Below are positions 11,382 through 22,647 of a DNA stretch of 64,000 bases, piece after piece. The stretch comes from Alphaproteobacteria bacterium. Lineage in GTDB: Bacteria > Pseudomonadota > Alphaproteobacteria > G965218375. The translations under genes and the position numbers were made by a program. The stretch lies in contig OZ244618.1 of NCBI GenBank assembly GCA_965218375.1, positions 1,917,009 to 1,981,008 of the forward strand. The letters are read 5' to 3'. The first letter of the stretch is position 1; each line of letters begins with the position of its first letter. Under the pieces are notes generated by a model. It was not told where the DNA came from. It was given only the letters and a program-made list of their open reading frames with translations, and ran no database searches.

Positions 11382-12661
11382 TGCAGCATGATGCACGGAT
11401 TCAGACAGTCATTGAGATTCTTGAGGACTGTATCGGTGGGGATCGCTCTTTAGATTTCCTTATTCAGCAAAACTTTAGAAAACGGCGGTATATGGGCAGC
11501 TCTGACCGGCGTGAGGTGAAGGGGTGTATCTATAAGATTATTCGTTCGTGGGGGGAGGTGTGTTTTCGCCTTGGGTATGATCCTACTTGTACAGAAAACG
11601 TGCCCGTCCGTTTGATTACGGCTTTATCACTTTATCTAAATAATACCGAAAATGTTAATGCCCTATTTTCAGGGCGCTCCCCTTACGGGCCACAGGCGCT
11701 CGGCGCTGATGAATGTGCTGCCGTGGACCAAGCTTTGAGTGTGAAGGCCATCCCTGAATGGGCGCAGTATAATATTCCTGAGTGGGTGTGGGAGGTCTTT
11801 CAAGGTATATATGGCGCGGAGGCAGTTGACGTTGCCTCTACGTTAAATCAACCTGCAGGCTTGACGGTACGGGTATTATCAGGGCGGCGCGAGGCTTTTT
11901 TAGACCTATGCGCGCACCAGTCTTTGCAGGCAGAGCCGACACCTTTAGCGCAATCAGGTGTCCGATTCATGGAAAATGTTCCAGTAGGTAAGATTCCTTT
12001 TTATCAAGAGGGTCATGTGATTATACAGGATGAAGGGTCACAGCTTATGACTGATCTTACATATGTGGGAAAGGGAATGGGCTGGGATGTCTGCGCTGGA
12101 GGTGGCGGTAAAACAATTGGCTTAATGGAAAGGCTGGCGCCAGATGGGGAAATTCTAGCAACTGACATTGATCTTGGGCGTTTGAAGCAGGCTTTTAATC
12201 GGATAAAGATGGAGGCGCCCCCAGTACAATTTAAGGTGCTCTCCCCGATATGGTTAGAGACGGATACGCCCGATGATCTGCCTGAAAATATTCAGTGGAG
12301 TCTTATTGATGCCCCCTGTAGCGGTATTGGTGCGTGGCGCCGTTCGCCCTTTGCGCGGTGGTGTTTGCAGCCAGAACAGATTGACCACATGCAAGAGAGG
12401 CAAATTGCACTGTTGGCAAAAGTCGCCCAGCACATATGCACTGGGGGGTATATCAGTTATGTCACGTGTTCTATTTTACCAGCAGAAAATGATGATGTAA
12501 TTAATAAGTTTTTACTGACTCACCCTCATTTTATCTGTACTTATGTGCCTAGTTTATCTCAAGTTCCCGGTCATGAACCTAAAGGGGGAACCTTGACTCT
12601 ACACCCACACATCTCCCATACAGACGGTTTTTTTATAGCTGTTTTGCAGAGGGTAGGATAA
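11381..12661 (+). CDS. RsmB/NOP family RNA m5C methyltransferase
   Basis: QDEGSQ, DVCAGGGGKT, DAPCSG, YVTCS, TDGFF. Confidence 0.88.
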
Positions 12662-12675
12662 AATCTCAGAATGAA

Positions 12676-14076
12676 TTAACCTGGGTGCACAAGGAAAAAA
12701 TAGCCAAGACCGAGAAATGAAAAAAATCCAGTCACATCGGTAATCGTTGTTAAAAATACGGTGCCGCTGACAGCAGGATCAAGTTTCATGCGGGTCAGCA
12801 TAATGGGAATCATGGTACCAAAGAAACTTGCGATAATTAAATTAATGACCATTGCAATGGCGAGAATGTAGCCGAGTGTCAGGCTTTGAAACCATAAAAG
12901 TCCTACGGTTCCAAGAATAAGTGCAAACAGCAGACCATTAATGCCTCCAATTATAACCTCTTTTAATACAATTCGGTAGGCATTGGCAGCTGTTAGGCTT
13001 TTAGAAGAAAGGGCACGTACTGCAACAATCATGGTTTGTGTACCTGCGTTCCCTGCCATACTCGCGATAATGGGCATAAGGATCGCAAGAACAATCGCTT
13101 GTTCCAGAGTCTCATCAAAGATATTAATGACGACTGAGGCAATAATCGCAGTTAAGAGGTTCACAAAAAGCCATTTAAAGCGGTTGCGCATCGTGGACAT
13201 AATAGAATCAAAAATATCACTCTCTTTGACACCCGCTAAGTGCAAAATATTTTTCTCATTTTCCTTACTTAAGATACTCATCACGTCATCAACAGTGATG
13301 ACGCCAATAACTTGGTTGCGTTGGTTGACAACTGTGACTGAGACCAGATCGTACTTTTGAAAGAGAGGAGCAAGCTCACTTTTTTTAGTATTAGAAGAAA
13401 TAAGAACCGGAGGTTTTTCCATAATATCGCATAACTGGATTTGTAAATTATGCTGTAATATTTGATCTAGTCGCAGGACGCCAATAGGGTGTTGTCCTAA
13501 ATCAACAAGAATCAGCTCTTGAAATGTATCTGGTAAGTCCTTGGTTTGTCGCAGATAGTCCATGGATTTTTTGATTGTCCATGTGGCGGGGATACAAATA
13601 ACCTCCTCACTCATAATTCTTCCCGCCGTATTTTCTTTAAAGGTGATTCTTTGTTCATGTAATTCCCGCTCTAAAGGGGAAATATATTGAAGAATTACGA
13701 TTTGGCTTTCTTTGTCGAGTGAAGAGATGATTTCTGTAATTTTATTTGACTCAAGCCCTTGGATGTTTTTAGCAAATGAACGATATCCAATACACTGTAG
13801 ACATTCATTTTGTAAGGCATCGGGTAAGAGAAAGATAATTTCAGGGTCAAATTCTGCCCCCATAATATAGAGCAAGTTATGTCTTTGAAGAGGGGGCAGT
13901 TGTTGTAAAAGGTTAACAGCTTCAGTGGCATGCAATGAGTTGATAATCATGTGTACAGTTGGCATGTCGTCAATGTTCAATGCACGATTAACGTCATTGA
14001 CGGCATCTGGTGTTGCTTCAATTTTTAAATTGATATCGCTTCTAGGTTGGAGATTTCTATTCTCTCTAGAAGTCAT
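12676..14076 (-). CDS. mgtE: magnesium transporter MgtE
   Basis: MgtE N domain, CBS pair, MPIIASMAGNAGTQT, TTITDV. Confidence 0.95.
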   Translation of the reverse strand: MTSRENRNLQPRSDINLKIEATPDAVNDVNRALNIDDMPTVHMIINSLHATEAVNLLQQLPPLQRHNLLYIMGAEFDPEIIFLLPDALQNECLQCIGYRSFAKNIQGLESNKITEIISSLDKESQIVILQYISPLERELHEQRITFKENTAGRIMSEEVICIPATWTIKKSMDYLRQTKDLPDTFQELILVDLGQHPIGVLRLDQILQHNLQIQLCDIMEKPPVLISSNTKKSELAPLFQKYDLVSVTVVNQRNQVIGVITVDDVMSILSKENEKNILHLAGVKESDIFDSIMSTMRNRFKWLFVNLLTAIIASVVINIFDETLEQAIVLAILMPIIASMAGNAGTQTMIVAVRALSSKSLTAANAYRIVLKEVIIGGINGLLFALILGTVGLLWFQSLTLGYILAIAMVINLIIASFFGTMIPIMLTRMKLDPAVSGTVFLTTITDVTGFFSFLGLGYFFLVHPG

Positions 14077-14079
14077 CTA

Positions 14080-16428
14080 TCAACTGCTTGTTGGGGTGAC
14101 GTGTTGATTATCGTCATATTTTTTTTTGTTTTCCCTTCGTCCTAAAACATCTGCAACGGCTAAGGCGGTCATGTTGACAAGTCCACGAACGGTGATTGAG
14201 TTATTTGCAACGTATGCCGGCTTTTTAACACCTAAGAGGATGGGGCCAACCAAGAGCCCATTTCCTAGGGATTTAAGAAGATTAATCGATATTGAAGCTG
14301 AGTCTATATTTGGCATAATTAACAAATTCGCACTCCCTGTAAGGGTAGATAAGGGATTAAACTGATTGCGAATATTCTGATCTAAGGCATTATCTGCATG
14401 CATTTCACCATCAATGATTAAGTCTGGATCTCTTTTACGAATAATCTGCAGAGCTTCCCGCATTTTTAACGCGGTTTCTGAATCGTGGCGGCCAAAGTTC
14501 GAGTGCGAAAGCATGGCGACACGCGGCTCAATCCCAAAGCGCCGTACGGCTTCTGCACTAAGTATGGTGCTGTCTGCTATGTGCTGCACACTTGGGTTAA
14601 ATGCAACATTGGTATCGGTAATGAAAATCACATGATCTTGCATAATAACCATTTGTAATGTGGATGGTTGGGTCATGCCTTCTTCAAGACCAATGATGTT
14701 TTGAATATAGCTTACCCGTTTATTAAATCGACCTTGCGTGCCACAGATCATGGCATCAGCATCCTCAAGAATAACCGCTAAGGCACCAATAATTGTATTT
14801 TGGTTGCGGACATACCGCTGGGCATCGTTGATATTTACCCCTTTACGATTCATAATTTCGAAGTATTTTGTCCAATACTTTTTAAATCGTGGGTCAAAGT
14901 TGGGATCTATCAGCTTGATACTTTCATCATCAAGGCGATAGCGTATTCCATACCTTTCTATACGTTGTTCAATGACTTCCCGCCGTCCAATTAGAATGAC
15001 TTTACAAAGTTTTTCATCAATAGCGATTTGCGCAGACCGTAAAACACGCTCATCTTCACCTTCGGCAAAAATAACTTGCACTAATTCTTTTGCGCGTTTT
15101 CCATGGTCAAAGATCGGCTTCATCACCAGACCAGACCGATAGACAAACTGTTGGAGAGAGGCTTTATATTCATCTAAGTTGTCAATTTTTCGCCGCGCAA
15201 CCCCACTCTCCATTGCTGCCTTAACCACCGCAACCGATATTTCAGAGATAAGACGGGGGTCAAAGGGGGTTGGAATAATGTAATTAGGACTAAAGGTCAA
15301 ACTTTGTCCCGCATAGGCTTGTCGAACTTGGTCAGGAGTATCAGAATTATGCACCAAGTTGGCAATTGCCATGACCGCAGCTATTTTTATTTCATCATTT
15401 ATTTTTGTGGCCTGAACATCTAAGGCGCCCCGAAACAGAAACGGAAAACACAAAACATTATTGACTTGGTTTGGAAAGTCAGAGCGGCCCGTGGCAATAA
15501 TACAGTCTGGACGGACTTCTTTGGCAACATTGGGCATAATTTCAGGAACAGGATTTGCTAGGGCCAAAATAATTGGAGAGGAGGCCATTTTTTTTAGCAT
15601 TTCTGGGGTTAAGACATTAGGAGCGGAGCACCCTAGAAACACGTCAGCACCAGTGATGATATCGTCAAGTGTCCTGAAGTCAGTCTCTTGGCAGTACCTG
15701 CTTTGGCGTTCGTGGAGCTGGTCAGCTCGACCGGTATGTAAGACACCGTCAATGTCTGCAATCCAGATATTCTCTTTTTTGGCTCCCATCAAAACTAACA
15801 AATTTAAACAGGCAGTCGCTGCAGCACCTGCACCAGAGACGGTAATTTTAATTTCAGGAAGTTTCTTTTTTGCCAATAAAAGGGAGTTGTGAATTGCCGC
15901 GGAAACAACGATGGCCGTACCGTGTTGATCGTCATGAAAAACCGGAATGTTCATGCGTTCGCAGAGGGTATCTTCGATAATAAAACACTCGGGCGCTTTG
16001 ATATCCTCCAAGTTAATGCCACCAAAAGTTGGTTCAAGGGCGGCAACAGCATTAATGAACTTTTCTGGATCTTGTTCTGACACCTCAATGTCATAGACAT
16101 CAATGCTGGCAAATCTTTTAAAGAGAACGGCTTTCCCTTCCATAACCGGTTTTGAGGCTAAGGCGCCGATGTTGCCAAGCCCTAAGACCGCGGTCCCATT
16201 TGTGATTACACCAACGAGATTTCCCTTATTGGTGACCTGATAGACGTTGGACTCATCCTTAGTTATTTCACGGCACGCAGCGGCGACACCAGGGGAATAA
16301 GCAAGGGACAAGTCACGTTGGTTGCTCAGGGCTTTAGTTGCAACAATTGCTATTTTGCCAGGGGTTGGATTTTTGTGGTATTCAAGCGCGGCTTTATCTA
16401 AAGATGTATCATCAAAGTTATCTGTCAT
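14080..16428 (-). CDS. maeB: NADP-dependent malic enzyme with PTA domain
   Basis: LAYSPGVA, INLEDI, FHDDQHGTA, ATGRSDFPNQVNN, C-terminal PTA domain DGEMHAD. Confidence 0.96.
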   Translation of the reverse strand: MTDNFDDTSLDKAALEYHKNPTPGKIAIVATKALSNQRDLSLAYSPGVAAACREITKDESNVYQVTNKGNLVGVITNGTAVLGLGNIGALASKPVMEGKAVLFKRFASIDVYDIEVSEQDPEKFINAVAALEPTFGGINLEDIKAPECFIIEDTLCERMNIPVFHDDQHGTAIVVSAAIHNSLLLAKKKLPEIKITVSGAGAAATACLNLLVLMGAKKENIWIADIDGVLHTGRADQLHERQSRYCQETDFRTLDDIITGADVFLGCSAPNVLTPEMLKKMASSPIILALANPVPEIMPNVAKEVRPDCIIATGRSDFPNQVNNVLCFPFLFRGALDVQATKINDEIKIAAVMAIANLVHNSDTPDQVRQAYAGQSLTFSPNYIIPTPFDPRLISEISVAVVKAAMESGVARRKIDNLDEYKASLQQFVYRSGLVMKPIFDHGKRAKELVQVIFAEGEDERVLRSAQIAIDEKLCKVILIGRREVIEQRIERYGIRYRLDDESIKLIDPNFDPRFKKYWTKYFEIMNRKGVNINDAQRYVRNQNTIIGALAVILEDADAMICGTQGRFNKRVSYIQNIIGLEEGMTQPSTLQMVIMQDHVIFITDTNVAFNPSVQHIADSTILSAEAVRRFGIEPRVAMLSHSNFGRHDSETALKMREALQIIRKRDPDLIIDGEMHADNALDQNIRNQFNPLSTLTGSANLLIMPNIDSASISINLLKSLGNGLLVGPILLGVKKPAYVANNSITVRGLVNMTALAVADVLGRRENKKKYDDNQHVTPTSS

Positions 16429-16707
16429 GAGTTTGCAAATCTGTTTTTTAAAAGTTAAATTTATGAAGCGTTAAAATTTTAACACAATAATAAGTTTATT
16501 TAATTAATTAACATTGTGTAAGGTTTTGTTTGTTTATTTGCCTAGTATCTTGTTTTTTCCTTAATTTATTTTAATTGGGTGTTAGTACTTAATAAATAAA
16601 ATAATGTATTTTTTACATAAATATGTTATTATTTTCTTAAAGGTAAAGTTAGTATAAATTTATAGTTATTACAGTTTACATTGATAATTGAAATTATAGA
16701 TAAAAAA

Positions 16708-17154
16708 ATGAAAAAAGATATATTTGGAAAGCATTTAGCTGATAATATATATGTTTCCTCTCAGATTGTGTCAGAGAGTTTGTCATCAATCATTGAATCA
16801 GGTTTCAAGACCGTTGTGTGTAATCGGCCTGACGGTGAAGATGCGGAGCAGGTCAATCATGAACTTTTTAAGGATGAGTTAAGCCACTTTAATATAAATT
16901 TTGTGTATCTTCCGTTAATTATTGGGGGTATTCAACCATCTGATGTTAGTCAGTTTCAATCGGTCAAAGAAAACAACCAACTGCCTATGCTTTTATACTG
17001 TCGTACGGGCAGTCGTTCTACCCTTTTATGGTGTCTTTCGGAAATGATCACTCGGTCAATTGCGGATATTGTGGACTGTGCGTACCAGGCAGGGTATAAT
17101 ATGAGTCATTTATTAAATAAAAGTGTTGACATAAAACATAATCCTCAAAATTAA
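16708..17154 (+). CDS. TIGR01244/Blh-like sulfur transferase (DUF442)
   Basis: CNRPDGE and YCRTGSRS motifs. Confidence 0.85.
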   Translation: MKKDIFGKHLADNIYVSSQIVSESLSSIIESGFKTVVCNRPDGEDAEQVNHELFKDELSHFNINFVYLPLIIGGIQPSDVSQFQSVKENNQLPMLLYCRTGSRSTLLWCLSEMITRSIADIVDCAYQAGYNMSHLLNKSVDIKHNPQN

Positions 17155-17427
17155 TAATTTTATTAGGGGACTTCCATAGGGTGTTTTGAATTTAAAACCT
17201 GCTTCCTCACTTTAATTTTTAAGAATAGGTTACCTTTCATATCCAGCTATTAAATTGTGAAAAGACTATTTTTAATATATACGTATTTGAGTTACGTTGA
17301 TTTTTGCTTATAAAGTGAGTAAAAGTATAAATGATAAAAGATTGCTATTTGTAAACGATATTTTTATTTTGTATCTGTAGTGATATTGTTGTGAATCTTT
17401 TTACATTTGCTTAAGGGGGGAGAATTT

Positions 17428-18300
17428 ATGTTTTCCAATATAATTAGTGCAATACCAACACCATTTAAAAACGCTGTTTTTGATCAAGATGCCTATGCTA
17501 AGTTTATCGATTGGCAAATAGGTCATGGTATTTCTGGATTAGTACCCGTGGGTACAACTGGTGAATCGCCGAGTTTAAGTCCTGAGGAGCATGTAAATGT
17601 TATTAAAGCGTGTGTGGAAAGTACTGCAGGACGGGTTTCGGTCATTGCGGGTTCAGGTTCCAATAATACAATCGAGACCATATATTTTTCTCAACATGCC
17701 CAGAAGGTAGGTGCGGATGCTCTCTTGCTGGTGGCGCCTTATTATTCTAATCCAACCCAAGAAGGAATCTATCAGCATTTTAAGAAGATTAATCAAGAAG
17801 TAGACATACCGATGATTGTCTATAACATTCCCAGTCGTTCAGTTGTTGATATTTTGCCGGAGACCATGTTACGCATTTCTGAACTTGAACATGTGGTTGG
17901 AGTGAAGGATGCCACAGGTAGTATGCAACGGGTTAGCCAAATGCGTAATCTAATCGGTGAAGATTTTTCCTTACTCTCTGGTGATGATCCCAGTTTATTA
18001 GGCTTTCGTGCCCAGGGTGGTCATGGGTGTATTTCTGTTGTCTCTAATGTGGTTCCTAAACTTTTTGTCGAGATGGATAATAAAATAGAAGCTGGTGATT
18101 TTGTGGGGGCACGTAAGATTTTTGATCGATTGGTGCCGTTACAGCTCGCTTTGTTTAGTGAACCAAACCCACAACCTGTTAAGGCTGCATTGGCTATTCT
18201 TGGACATTTTTCAGAAGAAATACGTCTGCCCTTAATACCGGTTTCTGATATAACGCGCGCGCGCCTTCGCAATGTCTTAGAAGGCTTAGGATTGCTCTAA
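17428..18300 (+). CDS. dapA: 4-hydroxy-tetrahydrodipicolinate synthase
   Basis: GTTGESP, YNIPSRS, GVKDATG, LSGDD; upstream of smpB. Confidence 0.95.
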   Translation: MFSNIISAIPTPFKNAVFDQDAYAKFIDWQIGHGISGLVPVGTTGESPSLSPEEHVNVIKACVESTAGRVSVIAGSGSNNTIETIYFSQHAQKVGADALLLVAPYYSNPTQEGIYQHFKKINQEVDIPMIVYNIPSRSVVDILPETMLRISELEHVVGVKDATGSMQRVSQMRNLIGEDFSLLSGDDPSLLGFRAQGGHGCISVVSNVVPKLFVEMDNKIEAGDFVGARKIFDRLVPLQLALFSEPNPQPVKAALAILGHFSEEIRLPLIPVSDITRARLRNVLEGLGLL

Positions 18301-18324
18301 AATAGAATAGAATATTTAAATTTC

Positions 18325-18798
18325 ATGGTTAAAAAAACAAATACACGTAAAATAATTGCTGAGAATAGGAAGGCACGATACAATTATTTTTTAGATGAGG
18401 TTATTGAATCTGGTCTTATTTTGAAAGGGACTGAGGTTAAGTCTTTACGTGCTGGTCGTGCCAATATTGCGGAGAGTTATGCCTTTGACCGCGATGGAGA
18501 AATCTGGCTCGATAACATGTATATTGGGGAATGTACCCATGCAAATCGGTGGAACCACGATGCCAGGCGATCCCGTAAACTGTTATTGAATAGACGACAA
18601 ATCAATCGTTTAATCGGAGCTGTTCGCCGCAAGGGATGTACGCTTGTGCCTTTGGCGTTGTATTTTAATGTGAAAGGGTTTGCAAAACTTGAGATTGCCC
18701 TTGCGCGTGGTAAAAAGAATCATGACAAGCGGGAAACTGAAAAAGCACGGGACTGGGGGCGTGAGAAGAATCGCCTCATGCGTGAGCATAGGTCGTAA
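18325..18798 (+). CDS. smpB: SsrA-binding protein
   Basis: [25 protein letters not shown]. Confidence 0.97.
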   Translation: MVKKTNTRKIIAENRKARYNYFLDEVIESGLILKGTEVKSLRAGRANIAESYAFDRDGEIWLDNMYIGECTHANRWNHDARRSRKLLLNRRQINRLIGAVRRKGCTLVPLALYFNVKGFAKLEIALARGKKNHDKRETEKARDWGREKNRLMREHRS

Positions 18799-18874
18799 GG
18801 ATCGCCGGATTACTAATTGGGAAGGCTTGAATTTGCCTCCCTCTCCTTCAGAACTGTGCACTGTTGTAGGCCCC

Positions 18875-20227
18875 TTACTCCGTATGGAGGGTAAAGTCGT
18901 GGGGCGCTGCATTGGCGTTAATTTCCAGAATGATAGGACGTCCAATATGCTCTGAAAGCGTGCGCAGTGCCGACTTTTCTGACAGAATATCTGCCAATTG
19001 GGCGGAGCATATTAATCTAACCTTGTGGAGTGGTGCCCGTTGGATAATCTGGCGGAAAATTTTCCCTGCACTCACATAAAGGCGTTGGTGTTGTGTGCTC
19101 AGAGTTTCAGCGTCATGAGGGACTTCTAAACTTTTGTGTAAGGATTGACCATTTCTTTTACGGATAATCTCAACTAACCCCCCAGGAGAAGGGCCATTGA
19201 CCCGCTCAATCAGGGGATCTATCTTGAGCAGACTTTGAACATAGGTTCGGAACTGGCGGTTTTGCATATGGGGAAGTGTAATAAAGTCCACAACGATCAG
19301 ACCACCAATGCGCCGCAATAAAAGCTGTTGTTTAAGGACGACAGCTGCATTCCAGTTGGCCTCTTTGGCACGAAGAGGGCCGCCATCAACATCAACAACG
19401 GTCATTCCATGGGTATGCTCAAAAGTTAACTTGCCGCCCCCTTGAAGGGCCGCGTAAGGGGTGGCTAATTCGGCAATTTGTTCTTCTAATTCTTCGCTAT
19501 TTTGCCCATATTGATCAAAATATGGGGTGACGATATCTTGTAATTCTTGGTGGTATTGGGCCACATGGTGACGAATGATATTACACGTTTCTGCGGTTGG
19601 AGAACTAATCTTTTGAAGATCCCATGGGGTCATCTCTTTAAGGGCGCGCTCAAGGGGGGTGACGCGATAGAGACATGTGCTGGTTTTACGTGTGGCACTG
19701 GTTATTTGTGACCAGGTGCGACGTAAACGCTCAATTTCTTGCTCAATAAACTTTACCTCTAGGTGTTGGCAGATAGGGTGGAGCAAGAGACCGTCATTGT
19801 GACCTGTGTCATCAGCAAGCGCTGCTTTTAAGGTATCCCGTAAAGTTGGGTCTATGGAGGGTGAGAACTGAATACCTCCCCCATGGGGAATCAAGGTCAC
19901 TGTCCGTCCAGTGAGGGTCGGCTTGTCTGTCACATGAGAGAGTTTATGAGTTTCTTCAGGGGAATCGGTAACTTGCACCAAGAGGCGTTGGCCAACCTGG
20001 TATTTTTTGCCTTTAGTTAAGCGTAAGATTCCGCATGTGGTCGCATTAAGCTCGATAAATGCTGCGTGGAGTTCTCTTTTAATTTCAGTGACGCGCCCAT
20101 GGTATATAGACCCTGTTGGATCAGGGGTATCGTGCACCGCCCAGAGAATATCCATAAGGACTCCGTCGCGTTCAAGGGTACAGCGGGTGTCAAAAATTCC
20201 GCAATCAATTGTGAGCTGAGGAGGCAA
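18875..20227 (-). CDS. rng: ribonuclease E/G family protein (divergent)
   Basis: S1 domain (GSIYHGRV...LLVQV), VVDVD, IGGLIVVDFI, GLVEIIRKR; follows maf. Confidence 0.8.
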   Translation of the reverse strand: MPPQLTIDCGIFDTRCTLERDGVLMDILWAVHDTPDPTGSIYHGRVTEIKRELHAAFIELNATTCGILRLTKGKKYQVGQRLLVQVTDSPEETHKLSHVTDKPTLTGRTVTLIPHGGGIQFSPSIDPTLRDTLKAALADDTGHNDGLLLHPICQHLEVKFIEQEIERLRRTWSQITSATRKTSTCLYRVTPLERALKEMTPWDLQKISSPTAETCNIIRHHVAQYHQELQDIVTPYFDQYGQNSEELEEQIAELATPYAALQGGGKLTFEHTHGMTVVDVDGGPLRAKEANWNAAVVLKQQLLLRRIGGLIVVDFITLPHMQNRQFRTYVQSLLKIDPLIERVNGPSPGGLVEIIRKRNGQSLHKSLEVPHDAETLSTQHQRLYVSAGKIFRQIIQRAPLHKVRLICSAQLADILSEKSALRTLSEHIGRPIILEINANAAPHDFTLHTE

Positions 20228-20840
20228 TGTTCAAGCCTGCGCCTTGTAAGAGAGATAAGGTGTCGTATAAGGGAAGACCAATCACATTTGAATAATTGCC
20301 GTTTATGCGCTGGATAAAGACTTCAGAGCTGCCTTGAATAGAGTATCCACCCGCTTTGCCATTCCATTCATTGGTCGAGATATACCATGTAATTTCATGA
20401 GATGAGAGTCTTTTAAAAAGAATTGATGTTTTGATGACCCGACTTATCAGTTGATTTGAGGGCGTGATAAGTCCAATACCAGTGAAGACCGTATGTCGCC
20501 TCCCAGATATCTTTTCTAGGCACGCACGGGCGGTATCAGGGGTATCAGCTTTGGGCAAAATACGACGACCGATACTGACAACAGTGTCCGCAGCAAGCAC
20601 AAACTTATGGGGGTGCCGAGAAGCAACATGTTGAGCCTTTTCAATACCCAGACGTAAAGCATGGAGACGGGGAAGTTCTTTATTGTAAGGGGTTTCGTCA
20701 ATATTTGCTGGATCAATGCAGCTTGGGAAAATACCAATTTTATGTAAGAGATTGAGTCTGTTTACACTTGAGGAAGCAAGAACTAACGGGAGCTCATTTT
20801 TGCTGGTTGTTTGGTCGTCACTTATTTTATTCTGCTTCAT
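20205..20840 (-). CDS. maf: Maf family nucleotide pyrophosphatase
   Basis: LVLASSS, IDETP, LAADTVV, KAGGY, NVIGLP. Confidence 0.93.
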   Translation of the reverse strand: MKQNKISDDQTTSKNELPLVLASSSVNRLNLLHKIGIFPSCIDPANIDETPYNKELPRLHALRLGIEKAQHVASRHPHKFVLAADTVVSIGRRILPKADTPDTARACLEKISGRRHTVFTGIGLITPSNQLISRVIKTSILFKRLSSHEITWYISTNEWNGKAGGYSIQGSSEVFIQRINGNYSNVIGLPLYDTLSLLQGAGLNIASSAHN

Positions 20841-20861
20841 CTTACGGGTTCATGTAAAAAA

Positions 20862-21080
20862 TTATTTAAACCTAAAAGTAATGCGTCCTTTTGTTAAGTC
20901 ATATGGAGTCATTTCCACTTGCACTTTATCACCCCTAAGAACACGAATACGGTTTTTACGCATTTTGCCAGATGTGTGAGCGAGAAGTTCGTGTGAATTT
21001 TCTAATTCAATACGAAATGTCGCATTAGGGAGGACTTCAGTAACAGTCCCTTGAAGTTCAATAAGTTCTTCTTTTGCCAT
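20862..21080 (-). CDS. infA: translation initiation factor IF-1
   Basis: MAKEELIE...LPNATFR...[10 protein letters not shown]...YDLTKGRI. Confidence 0.98.
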   Translation of the reverse strand: MAKEELIELQGTVTEVLPNATFRIELENSHELLAHTSGKMRKNRIRVLRGDKVQVEMTPYDLTKGRITFRFK

Positions 21081-21333
21081 ATTATTAAATATTAACCTTT
21101 CAAATTTAAAATATAGGAATATCAGTTTATATATTAAATGGAAATTTCAGCTGATTATTTCAATATTAATTATTTAATAACACTGAAAACAAATCTGACC
21201 ACTACCATGTTAACACTATTCGATACCATTTAAATATTACTTTTCCTTGTTTATCAGTTAATAGGAAAAATATCAAATTTAATTACGTTTTTGTTGATCA
21301 GGAACCTGGTGCAGGGGCGGTATCGCCAGTCGA

Positions 21334-22647
21334 TTAGGCGGGATCTTTAATATTTTGGTGCAAGCGCAGTTTGATGGAAAGGGCATGGGCTTCCAATTCT
21401 TCCGTCTCGGCAAGGGTAATAGCGTAAGGGCCGACCTGCTGTAAACTGTCTTGAGAGCACTTGATAAAGGTTGATCTTTTCATAAAATCAAGGACGCTCA
21501 GTCCACTGGAAAAACGCGCACTTCGGGATGTTGGCAGAACGTGGTTGGGACCTGCAATATAATCTCCAATGGCTTCGGGAGTGAATTTCCCGAGGAAAAT
21601 AGAGCCAGCATGGGTGATGTCATCCAAAAGTTTTTCAGGCTCATCCACGGAAAGTTCCAAGTGTTCTGGTGCTAGGCGGTTGACGAGGTGTGCCGCTTGG
21701 GTATGGACATCGTCCACGTGGATAATAACCCCTAAATTTTCCCAGCTCTTTGCAGCAACCGCAGGGTTTTCCATGACGCTGAGGTGGTGGTCAACTGCGG
21801 CCTCCACACTTTGGATATACTCAAGGTCATCGGCAATCAGGATAGACTGAGCGATAACGTCATGTTCTGCTTGTGATAAGAGGTCAGCCGCGATCCACAT
21901 TGGATTACTTTGGGCATCAGAGACAATGAGAATTTCTGACGGACCCGCGATCATATCAATGCCCACCTGTCCAAAAACTTGACGTTTTGCCTCAGCAACA
22001 TAGGCATTTCCTGGGCCGACAATTTTATCCACCGCAGCAATGCTTGGGGTTCCGTATGCCAAAGCTGCAACGGCTTGTGCGCCCCCAATGGGATAAATTT
22101 CTGTAATTCCCGCCCGATGTGCGGCTGCAAGTACAAGGGGATTGATATAGTTGTCAGGCGTTGGAACTGTCATGGCAATACGCTTAACGCCTGCAATTAT
22201 GGCAGGAATTGCATTCATGAGGACGGAACTGGGATAGGCGGTGCGTCCACCAGGTACGTAAATACCTACAGAATCTAACGGAGTCCACCGTGTCCCAAGC
22301 TGTAGCCCTTGTTGGTCGGTATATGCATCATCAACGGGTAAACTGCGACTGTGGAAACGACGGATTCTTTCAGCAGCAACGTCTAAGGCCTGTCGTTGCT
22401 CTGGGGAGATGCGGGACTCAGCCTTCATCATTTCTTCGGTATCGATACGAAGGCTGTTATGATCAATATTCCAACGATCAAATTGGCGGGTATACTCAAT
22501 GATGGCAGCATCTTGGCGATCAAGGATATCAGCAATAATCTGGGTTACGCTTGCTCGAACATTATGATTAATTTGACCCTTTCCCGTGAGTAAATGCGTA
22601 AACTGTTGATCGAAGGTATCGCTTTTATATTTAAGATATTTGGGCAT
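21334..22647 (-). CDS. hisD: histidinol dehydrogenase
   Basis: YVPGG, GPGNAYV, IDMIAGPSE, QAEHD, APEHL, GPNHVLPT. Confidence 0.97.
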   Translation of the reverse strand: MPKYLKYKSDTFDQQFTHLLTGKGQINHNVRASVTQIIADILDRQDAAIIEYTRQFDRWNIDHNSLRIDTEEMMKAESRISPEQRQALDVAAERIRRFHSRSLPVDDAYTDQQGLQLGTRWTPLDSVGIYVPGGRTAYPSSVLMNAIPAIIAGVKRIAMTVPTPDNYINPLVLAAAHRAGITEIYPIGGAQAVAALAYGTPSIAAVDKIVGPGNAYVAEAKRQVFGQVGIDMIAGPSEILIVSDAQSNPMWIAADLLSQAEHDVIAQSILIADDLEYIQSVEAAVDHHLSVMENPAVAAKSWENLGVIIHVDDVHTQAAHLVNRLAPEHLELSVDEPEKLLDDITHAGSIFLGKFTPEAIGDYIAGPNHVLPTSRSARFSSGLSVLDFMKRSTFIKCSQDSLQQVGPYAITLAETEELEAHALSIKLRLHQNIKDPA